Of a stretch of DNA of 64,000 bases, positions 52,329-64,000 are shown in pieces. Below the pieces are notes generated by a model, which had not been told where the DNA came from, searched no databases, and worked only from the letters and a program-made list of their open reading frames with translations. Location of the stretch: the NCBI GenBank assembly GCA_002633005.1, contig NMRA01000502.1, positions 1 to 64,000 on the forward strand. Direction: 5' to 3'. The position numbers and the translations under genes are program-made. This DNA is from Phoronis australis (Eukaryota > Animalia > Phoronida). The first letter of the stretch is position 1. Every line of letters starts with the position of its first letter.

Positions 52329-53186
52329 TCAAACTACACTTTCGCATTCAGATTTTCCAAGTTTTCGTCGCCGCTTTTTCTTTTTGATTTGTGGTATACA
52401 AAGTTTGGTCGGATCCTTCGTGTACGGCTTGATGCTGGATGTCCTTTGGCCGATAGCAATCGAAGAGGGTGCGTGTACAAATATGTCGAATTGCGCTGTA
52501 GTTGGATCTGTAGGATCTAGAAACATAGTAGGCCGTCTCAGTTCTACCCGATTGCCTTTATCGCCGATTCCAACGAAACGTTTCAGTTTAGTGCCGTCTT
52601 CTGCATGTCCCGTATGTAGCTTTTGTTTTCTATTCAAATATGCTCTAAACTCACACCACGTGAGCATCTCGCGCGTTGAGAAGAACACACTTATGAGGGT
52701 CAACAAGATTTCAATTATGGCAATAGTTCCTGATAAAGATCGTGCCAAGCAGAGTAACCTGTTTTGTAAGTGGTCAGTGTTCTCTAAGTGTAATACAAAA
52801 GACAAGCAAATGATAAAAGATGCCATAGAAACAACAATACTTATAGAGGTCCACACCACTTGTGCAATAGTAAGTATTAGCTTAGGGTACGTAATCGCTG
52901 AGCCAATGAGCACCGCGGTCATTAGATAGGTGGCTCCAGACCAGCTTCCCGGAGTTTGCGACAATGCGTGACCGGCAATGATTTCCATTACCACTCCTAT
53001 TAAACTGAGTGTACCCAAGGTTACGTGAACAACGCTAAGCACTATCATGAAGTTCTTTGTCGGTTGCATCCAAAGGTGAAACTTCGCTTCAGAGTCGTTT
53101 TGGGCACTTGACTCATCGCCCTCGAAATCTATCTTGATCGAATCGTCAATCACGGGCACTTGTAGTGTTTTATTGGGAACTGGCAT
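52329..53186 (-). CDS. Intronless four-transmembrane protein, CD20/MS4A-like, with a basic C-terminal tail (285 aa)
   Basis: Longest ORF in the window, with a true ATG (acaaccATG). Four hydrophobic segments, G-S-W-S-G motif before TM2 as in the CD20-like family, and AATAAA on the minus strand at 52233-52238. Confidence 0.75.
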   Translation of the reverse strand: MPVPNKTLQVPVIDDSIKIDFEGDESSAQNDSEAKFHLWMQPTKNFMIVLSVVHVTLGTLSLIGVVMEIIAGHALSQTPGSWSGATYLMTAVLIGSAITYPKLILTIAQVVWTSISIVVSMASFIICLSFVLHLENTDHLQNRLLCLARSLSGTIAIIEILLTLISVFFSTREMLTWCEFRAYLNRKQKLHTGHAEDGTKLKRFVGIGDKGNRVELRRPTMFLDPTDPTTAQFDIFVHAPSSIAIGQRTSSIKPYTKDPTKLCIPQIKKKKRRRKLGKSECESVV

Positions 53187-55525
53187 GGTTGTAATTTCTG
53201 GTTGAGCAGAATCAAGAATCAGTGCTTGGTAGACGAGTGTGTATGGTTTTTATTGGAACTGCGCTTTCGATTGCCTGTCACGTCATAAATGAATGACTGC
53301 ATGAGTATGTAATGTTTTATTTGCAATGGTCCGTTTTAAAACAACCTGTTCAGTTTGTCATTGTACTTTATTTGAATTCACGCAGATATATTTGTGACCA
53401 AAACATAATTGGATTATTACACCAGGCAATTGCACCATTTTGCATTACCGAAGAATTCTGCATCATATCTCAGTTCGGAAATCAGTTGTAAATTGGTCGA
53501 GAAATGATGAACTAATCTGGAATTTGGAGGCACTCAAAAAGCTTTTTGACTCACGAAGTGACAACGAAAGAAGGCTTCATGTGTTAACACTAAACAGAAA
53601 ACTCAAGTCAACACGGTTTGCTCTGGCCATTCGACTGAATCACAGTCCCTCCTTTCAAGTTCTCCACGTCAATTCTCAGGATAAGTGAAGCTACACTGTA
53701 CAGCAGCTCTACCTTGTCCAACGCCCCAAATAAACAACACTCAGTTGTCAACAGCATCTGTAAAAGCCATTCAAACGCACGCTCAAATGTTTTAAGCTTT
53801 TACGTCAACGCTGGCTTGTCGTGAGTCATCATACAAGCATCTATGACATAATTTATCAATTGGTTACTTGTAAGGTAACATAGGCCTAGGCCTGTGTTAA
53901 CATACCGCCAGATGGGAATGTGAATCAACTTGGGGACTAATATTGAATGCTATTATAAGCTTGTCCGACACAAAAAAATGACCTACAACCAGCTTTCAAT
54001 TGTACACGTGCTAAAATTCAGACAATCTGATAGAAAACGACGTTAAAAATTGGCGAATCCTGGATTGTTTGATTATTTCGGGTTTCCTACTGTGCGTGCA
54101 GTCTACGAATGAGTCAAGGCTTTTCTTTGACGTTTGCTGCATGCCAATTGGAAATTGAATCTAAGCATGGTATTGAGGCGCAGTGTACTCTTTGAAATTG
54201 CAAAAATTTGCCGGTCGGTACATACTTTTTTCCGATTTCCATAATCTGGGATTTTGGCATTCGGAATGCACTCATGCATGTATCTGCCACTCATGAGTTC
54301 ATAGTAACCGCATGCAATCGGTGGCTTTGAGATTAAAACTACCCATTTGACTTAAATGCACTTTTATTCGGTTTCTTGAGGGGTTATTTTTCCGTCCATG
54401 AATTATTTCATTGATCTTCTCAAGCTTTGGGCAAGTCCAATAGGTAACATCGTGCATAAAACGATTGTTTTAGCCACTAGAAATAACTGGTGTCTGCCAA
54501 TCGACGTGTGTTAGTGGGTTTGTGTTGTCGCAACCAAAATGGGACGCTTAAAACAGCGGTTACACGCCTCGACCTTTGCTTAGCAAAAGATTACCAACAT
54601 CTTTTTTTTCGTCTCTTCACACTGTTCCTGCAGGACCCCACGACATGTTTGACTCCATACTCTATATGAAGGTTCCTAAAATTCGCAAGGTGCAGTGCCC
54701 TTTGAGGCAACTGATACAGAGCCCGATTTGTCGCTTAGTCAAGCCATCGGCCCAGATGGAAAAGACTGTCAGTGAGGTATTTGTACATGTATTAACCTTA
54801 ATTTTTACTTGAAGTTAAAGCAACTAATTATAATTTTCTTTTAATACAAAACTGTGATATTCATATCACATAGATGAAACGCAGTCCTTCGGATATCAAA
54901 TGATTGAAATATTTTTAGCCTTTTATCCCATGCACGTTGAATCTGTCGAGAAACACGGCCATGTAATAAAGTTTTCCGTATTCACCTCCCGCACTTCTTC
55001 AACAGCGACCTCTGACATGGAAAGTTCAAAAGGTAGGTCAATGTCGATTCGAGGTCTTTAGCCGGTTCGATCTTCAAACTTTGCGAATATAGTTTAAAGT
55101 AATACAGTTGCAGCAGTGTTACTAACACTCGACATGCAACCAGGTCCAAAACCTAAAATCTGAAACAAAAGGGTTAATTATAAAACACTTATGTCTCAGT
55201 TTTCAATTGCTGAATACTATATCGTCTGCAACTCAGGCGCCGATTCCTGAGAAACTAAAATATCAAATATTGTTGTTTTTTAACTATTTCTAGGAGATGT
55301 TACAAGTTCACTGCACAGTTGCCGTTGTTTTCATCTTTGCTACCTGTTTTCAAGAAATAAATCGTTACTTTTACAAGAGAAAACTTGCAACCTAACGCGC
55401 AAGTACATACATATAGCATGTGATCCGCCACGTGAACAGTCTTGGTGAAGTATTTGAAAATGTCAAAAAATGTAAGAAACTTAGGGATTCGAAGCCCATG
55501 GGATAAATACAAAACGCATATCGAT

Positions 55526-55603
55526 TGGCGTACATGAAGTAATATCCCACTCGACCTTATTCCGCGGAATAATATCTCGTGGGATATTACTTCATGTACG
55601 CCA
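55526..55603. repeat. Hairpin with perfect 25-bp arms
   Basis: tggcgtacatgaagtaatatcccac pairs with gtgggatattacttcatgtacgcca, with the inner palindrome ttattccgcggaataa. Confidence 0.85.
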
Positions 55604-58509
55604 CTCTTGTGTATATAGGGAAAATGAAGTTGTCCACCTGACATTTCACTAGATGAAGACAAGAGCTACTGTACAGCAAAATGCCTAGTCAATAACCAGC
55701 GAAAAAAAGCGAGATTTGTTTGCGCGCGGTCACGAGTGTACAAATGTCAAGTGGATAGCCGATTTTTCGTCCCGGAAAAATGGGAGTATGATGCAAGTTG
55801 TATTCAATTGTGGTCCTTGTAAATGGACACAATGTACGAATTCAGAATCGGATATCGGAGTCGACCAAAACTGGCGGAATGGAAGTTCTGTTTTGGTTTC
55901 AATTTTTATGTTGAATTGACCTAAAAATTAAACTGAAAACATTTCCTAAATTTTTGTACGAAGAGAGATTCCTACAATCGTGGACATGATGGCTATCTGG
56001 CTATTTGCACACGTGCTTGTTCACGCCAGATTTGGTCTTCAACTTGGTAACCGATTGAATAGTGAAAAAGGAAAAATAACGGTTGCAAAATCGCTCATCG
56101 ACTGACGAGGTTGCTTTGGAATATCGGCAAACCGTCGCGATGTTCGAGGCTCGTTCCATAGAAGGAATAATATCAACAAGTCAAGAGCAGTTTATGTGCA
56201 CCAAAATATTCCATGGCAATGACCTCTCGGCTGATGTCATCAACCCTGCTTGGACTCCAAACGTACCCATACGTATTCTGCTCTCATGTGTATACAGTAC
56301 GGGTGATCAATTGTAATCTGAATGAAAACGAGTAGTTGCTCAAGGGGATTGCCGTGTTTGTTGGATTCCTTCAGTGGTTGTAAAACAATGAATCCGACAG
56401 TAACTGCTTTTCTTTTGTTTACAGCACTCTCTTGCTGTGTTCGCGTTCTGTCATCATCGGGTGAGTTTTGAGTATTTATTATGACATACATGTAGTATCA
56501 AACATGTTTAACTACATGTAACTGTTTTATACTGTATCATAAAATGCCACGCTGTAACCGGCAGACAAATCGTGACAAGAGGCATTACTTCCTTACTAAG
56601 TACTTACTATTCAAATCAAAACGTTTGTCTTGCTTCATGTTTCCTTGGGGAAGAAAACTTTGTTTTGGTCCATTAATACTCCGAGTTCAGAGTACACATG
56701 GTAAAAACACGAGTCGAGCCAAGTTCAGTGGCTGTCTCAATGGGATTATGGTTATGACTATTCACAGGTTAGCTACATTAAAGTGTTCTTCGTATTCCCG
56801 TAGGTGCGCAAGAGCGCACTGACAAGTTTGCATAGGAAACTCGTGTTTAGAACACCCCTAAAGGTTTGTACGGGCTACACAAACGAGTGTTTCGTAACAT
56901 CTTCCTGTAGGCTGCGTGCCGTATCTCCAGTCTCATTATCGTGTGATGATGTCAGTGGTTCAACTCACAGCGGGCCGTGGCCTTCTTTATTGCTAAAGAG
57001 CTTTCCCTCGGTCAAAATTCATTTCAGTTTTGCGCTTGCAACCTGTTCATTGAAAAAAGTTGCGGGTTGCCAGTCATTTCAACCCCCTAAAAAGTGTCGT
57101 TTGCGCATATGAGTTCATGCGCTTGATGCACACCAAGAAATAGTGCAGAAATTGAAATGAATGATAGATAGGTTATCAGGCTTCAGGAATGTCGGAGTTC
57201 TGTAACACTAGGACCGCGCTAGGATCTCGATATAAAAGTTCGACTTCACGAGATTACAGGAGATAATGCCGTGTGTTTTCAATGAGTCAGAGCAAGTGAT
57301 TTTGTCTAGATTTTCTCGCTGCCTGACAACTATTGAACTCTAACCGGTTTCGGGGGACACTCAGGCAAGGGGACAAAGCGGCGGAGGAACATCTAGAAGG
57401 GTATCACGATTCCGTGGGAGAATCGCCTGAGAAGCAGTAGGGTGGAAAAATAAAGAGGCAAGAGATTTACGGACGACTCTTCATTATGCGGCAGCACTGC
57501 AATTAAATTTAATTTGAGAGTATGGATATCCTATGAAACAAAGTCATAACAACATTGCAATGAATCCAAACATTCTAAAATTTGAGAGTGATCCCTTTGG
57601 ATCGTCAAAACCACAACAAGTGTAAGTTCCTGTCCAAAAACAGAAAGATCGATTTTTTCGATGTTAGGGTTCCCTTCAATTAAAATGCTCATCCCGTAAC
57701 AAATAATAAGTGTCGGATTGACGTAATGCAAAGTGTACGTTCTTCATAAGAGGTGTGAATTATCTGAAATTAAAATAGTGTGTATTTATTACCATTTCGT
57801 TTCACGATTTTTTTGAAGGAAGTGATTCTAAATTACACGTATGGAATATTTATCAACGAGTTAAAAATTAAGTGACAATATGGGTGAGAAAAGTGTTTAT
57901 CTGAAGTCAACCCTTACCCGGATTATATCCTGGACACAGTAGTCGCAGTCAAATACTTTGCTGACGAACTAAACCACTAAGGCAGAGCACTGGCATAGAG
58001 TGTGAAAAACAGACTAAAATGCATTATTCAAAGTGGTTCTGTGCCATTGAAACAGAAGTCAAACTGTTCACCAGATATTTTTCATATGCGGCGCAACATA
58101 GGGGGCCTGGGGGTGGGCTATAGCCCCCACTCAGTGCTGCACCGCCCATGGACTATGGACGTTGCACCCCAGGGAGGTTGGGGGGCGCATGCGTCGCATG
58201 TAAGCAGCTGGTAAAAAGACGGATTTTTATCAAAATACGTCGTCGCGTGAAGCCTTATTAGTGCTATTTTCCCTGGTGCAAGTCTTCGACAGGTGGTCAC
58301 AAATTCCCAAAGGACCCAAGGTTAATAAATTCGTGGAGAATTGCGGTCAAAAGGATCAACCAACTGACAAAAAGTGTGTGGATGCCGAAGCGCCATTGGG
58401 AGACTACATAACGTTACTTGGTAATATTTTAGTAATCAAGTTTCTATCGACATCGTTCGGTAATGTTATCCCCACCAGTTACCCCACTGAATAACGGGTT
58501 TATTGAATG

Positions 58510-59150
58510 GAACTAGGGGTTTCTTTTCGAAAACTCACCCAGGACTCGGATGCCGGGTAGGCTAGCAGCACATATTCACATATCGTCGTCCAGGAGTGGG
58601 AATGCGCCCAATATAACAGGTGTATGGTACGTGATGCTCAGAGATCAAGAGTGACCTTTTCGCAGCAGTTTCTCTTCAAAGATATGCTATGTCCAATAAA
58701 ATTCTCTAGATGAGTGAGTTTCCTTATTTTATAGCAGGCGCCACCCCCAGGACTACCAGATTAGTTACCGAATTGACATGAATAAGCTATTCAGTAAACG
58801 TCGCAACATTGCATTGGAATAAAAATTGACACCTAGAATGAATTTTACTTGTTGAGGTCAGAAGCACATTTTAGGTGTCGTGAAAACCACACATTGCTTA
58901 ATCACTTTTAGCCTGTTTCACATATTTTAATTCAGTTCTTAAATAAGACTTGGGTACAAAGATTATTAGTTTCTACATATAAACATGAAGATGAAAACTC
59001 AAGTACATTCTACTTTACTAAAGTAGTTTTGTCTTGTGTTTTCTTTTATAATTTACTAATATTTCTCTTACTTTTCTGTTACAGGTGAAAGAAAACGACT
59101 GAAACGAGCCGCCTGACCGTCTATTTTACCTTTGGACAAAGTGAAAAGCA
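58510..59150 (+). pseudogene. Possible very decayed, spliced THAP-domain remnant
   Basis: ELGVSFRKLTQD at about 58511. After a strong acceptor (cttttctgttacag, about 59084) comes ERKRLKRAA*PSILP, resembling the THAP RLK..AVPSIF box. Confidence 0.3.
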
Positions 59151-59891
59151 ATCCTTCAGCAATAACCTGAGAGAATTGAACCTATTTCAGAAATTCAGCC
59201 TGCCTGATTATAGACTCCCCTGCATGGGAAAATTGCAATTGTTTTGGTTGTTTCGTTGTATGTATGTGGTTGTTCAGTTTGCCATTTTGTTTTTTAAATA
59301 CACTGACAATTGTTTACTCTCGAATCTTGTGCATAGCAGATTCTTATCCAGCTAGCTATAATTGAAGATATACTTTTCTTGCGTGTGGAACTTTTGTTGT
59401 CGACAAGTTAACACAAAACTTAAAATTGTTCAAAGCCCTTCTTAAGAAAGCTCTAAAAATAATCACAACCACAAACAAATCAAATGCAAACAAAGGGAAT
59501 ACTTCATTTTGATCGCGAAACATTTCTACAGGCCAACAGGAAAATGACAATTCGCAAGCGTAATCGATAATCATTTCAGCTTTATTAAGAATAAGCACAA
59601 CTGCACTGTATGCGGCTTTAAAACTGAGGAAATATTGTAGTTTCAATATTTAGTAACAAACCTTCCTGTTGATGAAAAATTCATCAAAGTGTAACATTAA
59701 CGGGCTTTCTACTGACAATTAGACAATCGATGCAGTCACTGAATGTCATGTCCCCATAATGTGTACAAAATTGAAAAAATTTTCCAATGGTATAAAGCCT
59801 TTCTTCTGAGAAAGTGAGAAATTACAGCTATATGTATTTATACCAAATGCTTTTGGTTTTCATTTCACAGGGATCTAGTTTCAATGGCCTA

Positions 59892-60139
59892 CAGGGGCTG
59901 ATCCAGGATTTTAAGTTAGGGGGGCCAGGGCACAGGAATAACCACGATTTCGCCACATGCGCGCACACCCCCTAAAATGTAGGGTTGCAGGGGTCTTGAA
60001 TATTTGGGTTTGTGGACCTCATTACTGAAACGGTAAACGGGGTTTGTTCCAGGCCTATGCATTGTGCATTCACCCTCCCAAATGGTATCTGGGAGAATTT
60101 TAAGGGGGCCATGCGCCTCCCCCCCTAAATCCGCCACTG
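59892..60139. mobile_element. GC-rich MITE (CAGGGGCTGATCCAG...AAATCCGCCACTG); related half copies at about 29363 and 32188
   Basis: Imperfect TIRs, with gccta directly repeated on both flanks. Confidence 0.6.
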
Positions 60140-62545
60140 GCCTATAGAAGCCCTTGTAAAAAAGGTCCAGTTTCGGCACGTGGTTTTCTTTCATGTAACC
60201 TCATTCAGCCTCAATAACATCCACAATTAGATCTTTGAAGGTAAACACGACAGCATATCACTTGACTCGTTTTGTGCCCAAAATCTGACCCTGAACTAGA
60301 CCAGAGTGTACCTAGGTCTTCTTTAGCTTCAATCCCTCATGTTTCTTCCAGGAAAGGAAATACATGTAAGCTATTGTCCACACATGACTTAGTGCCTATG
60401 AAAGATCATCCCCATCAACGAGGCTGACTTGCGTAGCAGTCAGATATAGCTCCTCTTCATACACAAACAATCCACTGGCACGTTGTCTTATGGTAACTTC
60501 ATACTGCGATTCAGATTTCTCCAAGGCCACTGACTTGTAGATTGTGCCATGCAGCACTGATGGTGTATGGAAATGCTGTGGGAAGAGAAAGGAGTAACAA
60601 AGCTTGTTCGTTGTCTCCGATGTAGAAAATGGGCTTTAACAACAGATCTACACTGGATGGGAAGATCTTTCGATTAGCTGTTAGTAGTCAACTGCTTAAA
60701 ACCAATTTTGTCCATTCAGGGTCGATGTAAAAGCGATATATAATCTCCTCTGCATGGTACTCGGTACAAGACCTCAAACCTAAAAACCAAAGGTCACGTG
60801 AAAAAAGACATGATATATTTCCATTTCTACGTGTAATAGATTTCCGGAAGACATAGGATAGGGAGTAAACAAATAGTCTAATGGATATTTGACTTGTCAC
60901 GTACCCTTTGCCATGGCATTGGGCTTGGATTGTAATTTTAACTCACTAACCAATGTCAAGTTAACAGCATAAACATTCAGCATTCATTGATGTAACTGTC
61001 ACTGATTAATCTGTTAGAAATCATTCCAAACAATAATACTGCTTTGATGTACGAAAAGATCCCGAGTGCTACGTCAAGTATTGTAACGCATATAACAACA
61101 AACAAAGATTAACTCGACTGGCGACTGCCGCTCAGTCGACATCGGCGGGTACCTCAGCTAACAGGCATCAGTCGAATAAACATAGAATAATCGTTAAAAT
61201 AATCACAAACCTTACCTCTGTATAATGTCGTGCTTACTTTCCTTCCTGGAAGCACCCTTTTCACGCAATCTCGAATTCACATGGCATGGCTACAAGCCAT
61301 TTCACCATTGCATCGAAATCGAGGCCAGCAGTACACGCGCGCCCTCTAGTTAATGTAAATTTTCCGAATAACCCCATTTAGGTGGCTTTGATCTCTCGAA
61401 TATCAGGGAGATATTGGCGCGAACTGACTGTATCTGGTCAAATATGGTCAAACCTAATATCTTCAAAATATCTATCCCACCCAAGAATAACCTAAAACAA
61501 AATCCTCTCAGAAGCGGAAACATAAAAGGTTTCTACAAGCCTCATGTGAACTACGGCCCACGAGATCTATAGCCATTTCTCGAGTCTTATTAACTTAGAC
61601 CTTTTGTTGTTATATTTCAGTTACAATCACAAGTAAACCTCTCGGAGAACTGACGAAAGACTACATAGTTACGTGGTCGCAAAAGGAAAACATCGCCTTC
61701 GATTTCTTTGAATTTGTCATAGGTGAAGATAGGCCTGTAAGTGTTATAGAAAGGACCACGCGAGAACAACACGCATGTAGGGTCTACTCTGAAAACCATG
61801 ATGACTGACAGCGGAAGAAATGGATGCACGATCGCTTTGGCATTTTTTATTTTTTGCCACGGCCAATTCTTTAGTTCAGGCAGAGTGCGAATAATCAGTT
61901 TGATACTAGCCCTGGTGTCGTGAGTCTGGCGACGTAGTTCTAAAATTTGCTCCTTCCGACTTCAATCTAACACCGACATCGGAACATTTCACCGGTTTCC
62001 CATATTTAAACATCTAAATGTACATAATATTACCCTCAAAATATTTGTAAAGCCCAGCGTACACAGTGCGATTTCTTATCATCAAGAGTGACCGTGCTGT
62101 GAGTGCTGGCTTTGAAGTCGATTATATTTGTCGTGACCGAACAAACTAACATACTTTCAAATATGACGGGATAGGAAGAATGAAAATTTGAGTGTGACAG
62201 CCACAGGCGCTTGGGTTTATCGCAAATGACGTCACTCAATAATATATAATTTTTATAAGAAAACATAAAGGTTGGACACTTAAACTTTGCCAAGCCGAGG
62301 CTCCCAACTTCAGCCGTCCAAAATCCAAATAAAATCTGCGTGCACCTCCCTCAGTCTGATGTTGCATAAACCTTCGAAGCCTTATCTTTCCTAGATCCCA
62401 TTAACTGTCTTCGTGAGTGGTGAATTGGCGATGGAATTTCCAAAACAATCTCAAAACTCTGAATTCAAGGACCTGAAATAGTAAACATGTGCTTCAACTT
62501 GTACGCCTGTCGTAGGTGAAACTTCGAGTTTGAGCCACAGGCGCT

Positions 62546-63931
62546 TGGGTTTATCGCAAATGACGTCACAATTTATATATAAGAAAACATAAAGGTTGGA
62601 CACTCGAAATCTGTTTGCTCAGAATTTTCTACTCAAATGTGCATGGAACTCCACGAAACTAGCATCGGACAACTCTTAGAATACCTTCTTTCATTTGATC
62701 TCTTCAAATTGCCTTCGAGTGGTGATTTGGCGACAAAAATGCCAAAAGAATGCCAAACTCACAAATTCAAGGACCTGATTCCGTGATGTCATGGCAGACG
62801 GTCTTCGCACATCCGGGTTTTGACCGACGCTCCCGAGCTAAATCCGAAAGTCTAATTTCGCGCGGCTTTCGCCGTCAATCCATCGACTACTTGATCATGA
62901 GAAGCAGAGAGCACTTTATTGCCAAATAAATGTAATTACTCACATATTTGTGTCAAATATAAATTATCCTGATACTGTATTGATATGCGAAGTTTTTTGT
63001 GTACTGTGATTTCTTATGAAGGTTTTACTTTTGGCCAAAACCATTGAGTTAACTCTTCGGCCACGCGCATTGTAANNNNNNNNNNNNNNNNNNNNNNNNN
63101 NNNNNNNNNNNNNNNNNNNNNNNNNNNNNNNNNNNNNNNNNNNNNNNNNNNNNNNNNNNNNNNNNNNNNNNNNNNNNNNNNNNNNNNNNNNNNNNNNNNN
63201 NNNNNNNNNNNNNNNNNNNNNNNNNNNNNNNNNNNNNNNNNNNNNNNNNNNNNNNNNNNNNNNNNNNNNNNNNNNNNNNNNNNNNNNNNNNNNNNNNNNN
63301 NNNNNNNNNNNNNNNNNNNNNNNNNNNNNNNNNNNNNNNNNNNNNNNNNNNNNNNNNNNNNNNNNNNNNNNNNNNNGGAAACGCAGTCCGTGCAAGTATT
63401 ACAATGCGCGTGGCCGACGAGTTAACTCAATGGTTTTGGCCAAAAGTAAAACCTTCATAAGAAATCACAGTACACAAAAACTTCGCATATCAATACAGTA
63501 TCAAGATAATTTATATTTGACACAAATATGTGAGTAATTACATTTATTTGGCAATAAAGTGCTCTCTGCTTCTCATGATCAAGTAGTCGAGGGATTGATG
63601 ATGAAAGCCGCGCGAAATTAGACTTTCGGATTTAGCTCGCGAGCGTCCTTCAAAAACCCGGATGTGCGAAGACCGTCTGCCGTGACATCACGGAATCACG
63701 TCCTTGAATTTGTGATTTTGGCATTCTTTTGTCATTTTTGTCGCCAAATCACCACTCGACCGCAATTTGAAGAGATCGAATGAAAGAAAGTATTCTAAGA
63801 GTTGTCCGATGCTAGTTTCGTGGAGTTCCATGCACATTTGAGTAGAAAATTCTGAGCAAACAGATTTCGAGTGTCCAACCTTTATGTTTTCTTTTATATA
63901 TTATTGAGTGACGTCATTTGCGATAAACCCA
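62546..63931. repeat. ~530-bp inverted repeat flanking an assembly gap (N at 63076-63376)
   Basis: 62546-63075 is the reverse complement of 63399-63931, with scattered substitutions. Confidence 0.9.
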
Positions 63932-64000
63932 CGAGCTGGACACGAGAAGTACGTGCTTCTTCGTGTTAGTTGATTATTTTGACTCTTCACGAAGTCACTG

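Noticed and set aside
52309-52929. 206-aa plus-strand ORF
   Set aside because: Antisense shadow of the CD20-like ORF with no recognisable motifs.
62964-63395. 143-aa ORF
   Set aside because: Artefact of translating through Ns.

Overview
This is repeat-rich, AT-rich eukaryotic DNA, probably from an invertebrate animal, so the supplied ORF track (alternative starts, no splicing) is mostly uninformative. Two host genes are supported, both on the minus strand. The first is a spliced gene of about 36 kb (48314 to 11977). It encodes a signal peptide, three C-type lectin domains and a probable PAN/apple-like C-terminal domain, and I reconstructed it by hand from GT-AG exons with matching phases. 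The middle 'WIG' exon of the second lectin domain could not be found. The second is an intronless four-transmembrane CD20/MS4A-like ORF (53186 to 52329). The rest is mostly transposon-derived. It includes TTAA-targeting Kolobok-type elements (one with two 5' ends, nested in a CR1/L2-type LINE), a Penelope-like GIY-YIG element with an inverted terminal repeat and a degenerate hammerhead-like motif, and large inverted copies of a TGTAAC-rich element. It also holds several MITEs and foldbacks, tRNA-derived Pol III heads, tandem repeats and two assembly gaps. The most unusual observation is a pair of unrelated palindromic elements that both keep TC-opposite-TC mismatches, which are tandem GA pairs on the other strand. 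This suggests strand-specific DNA hairpin recognition. All calls are by eye and no database searches were run.
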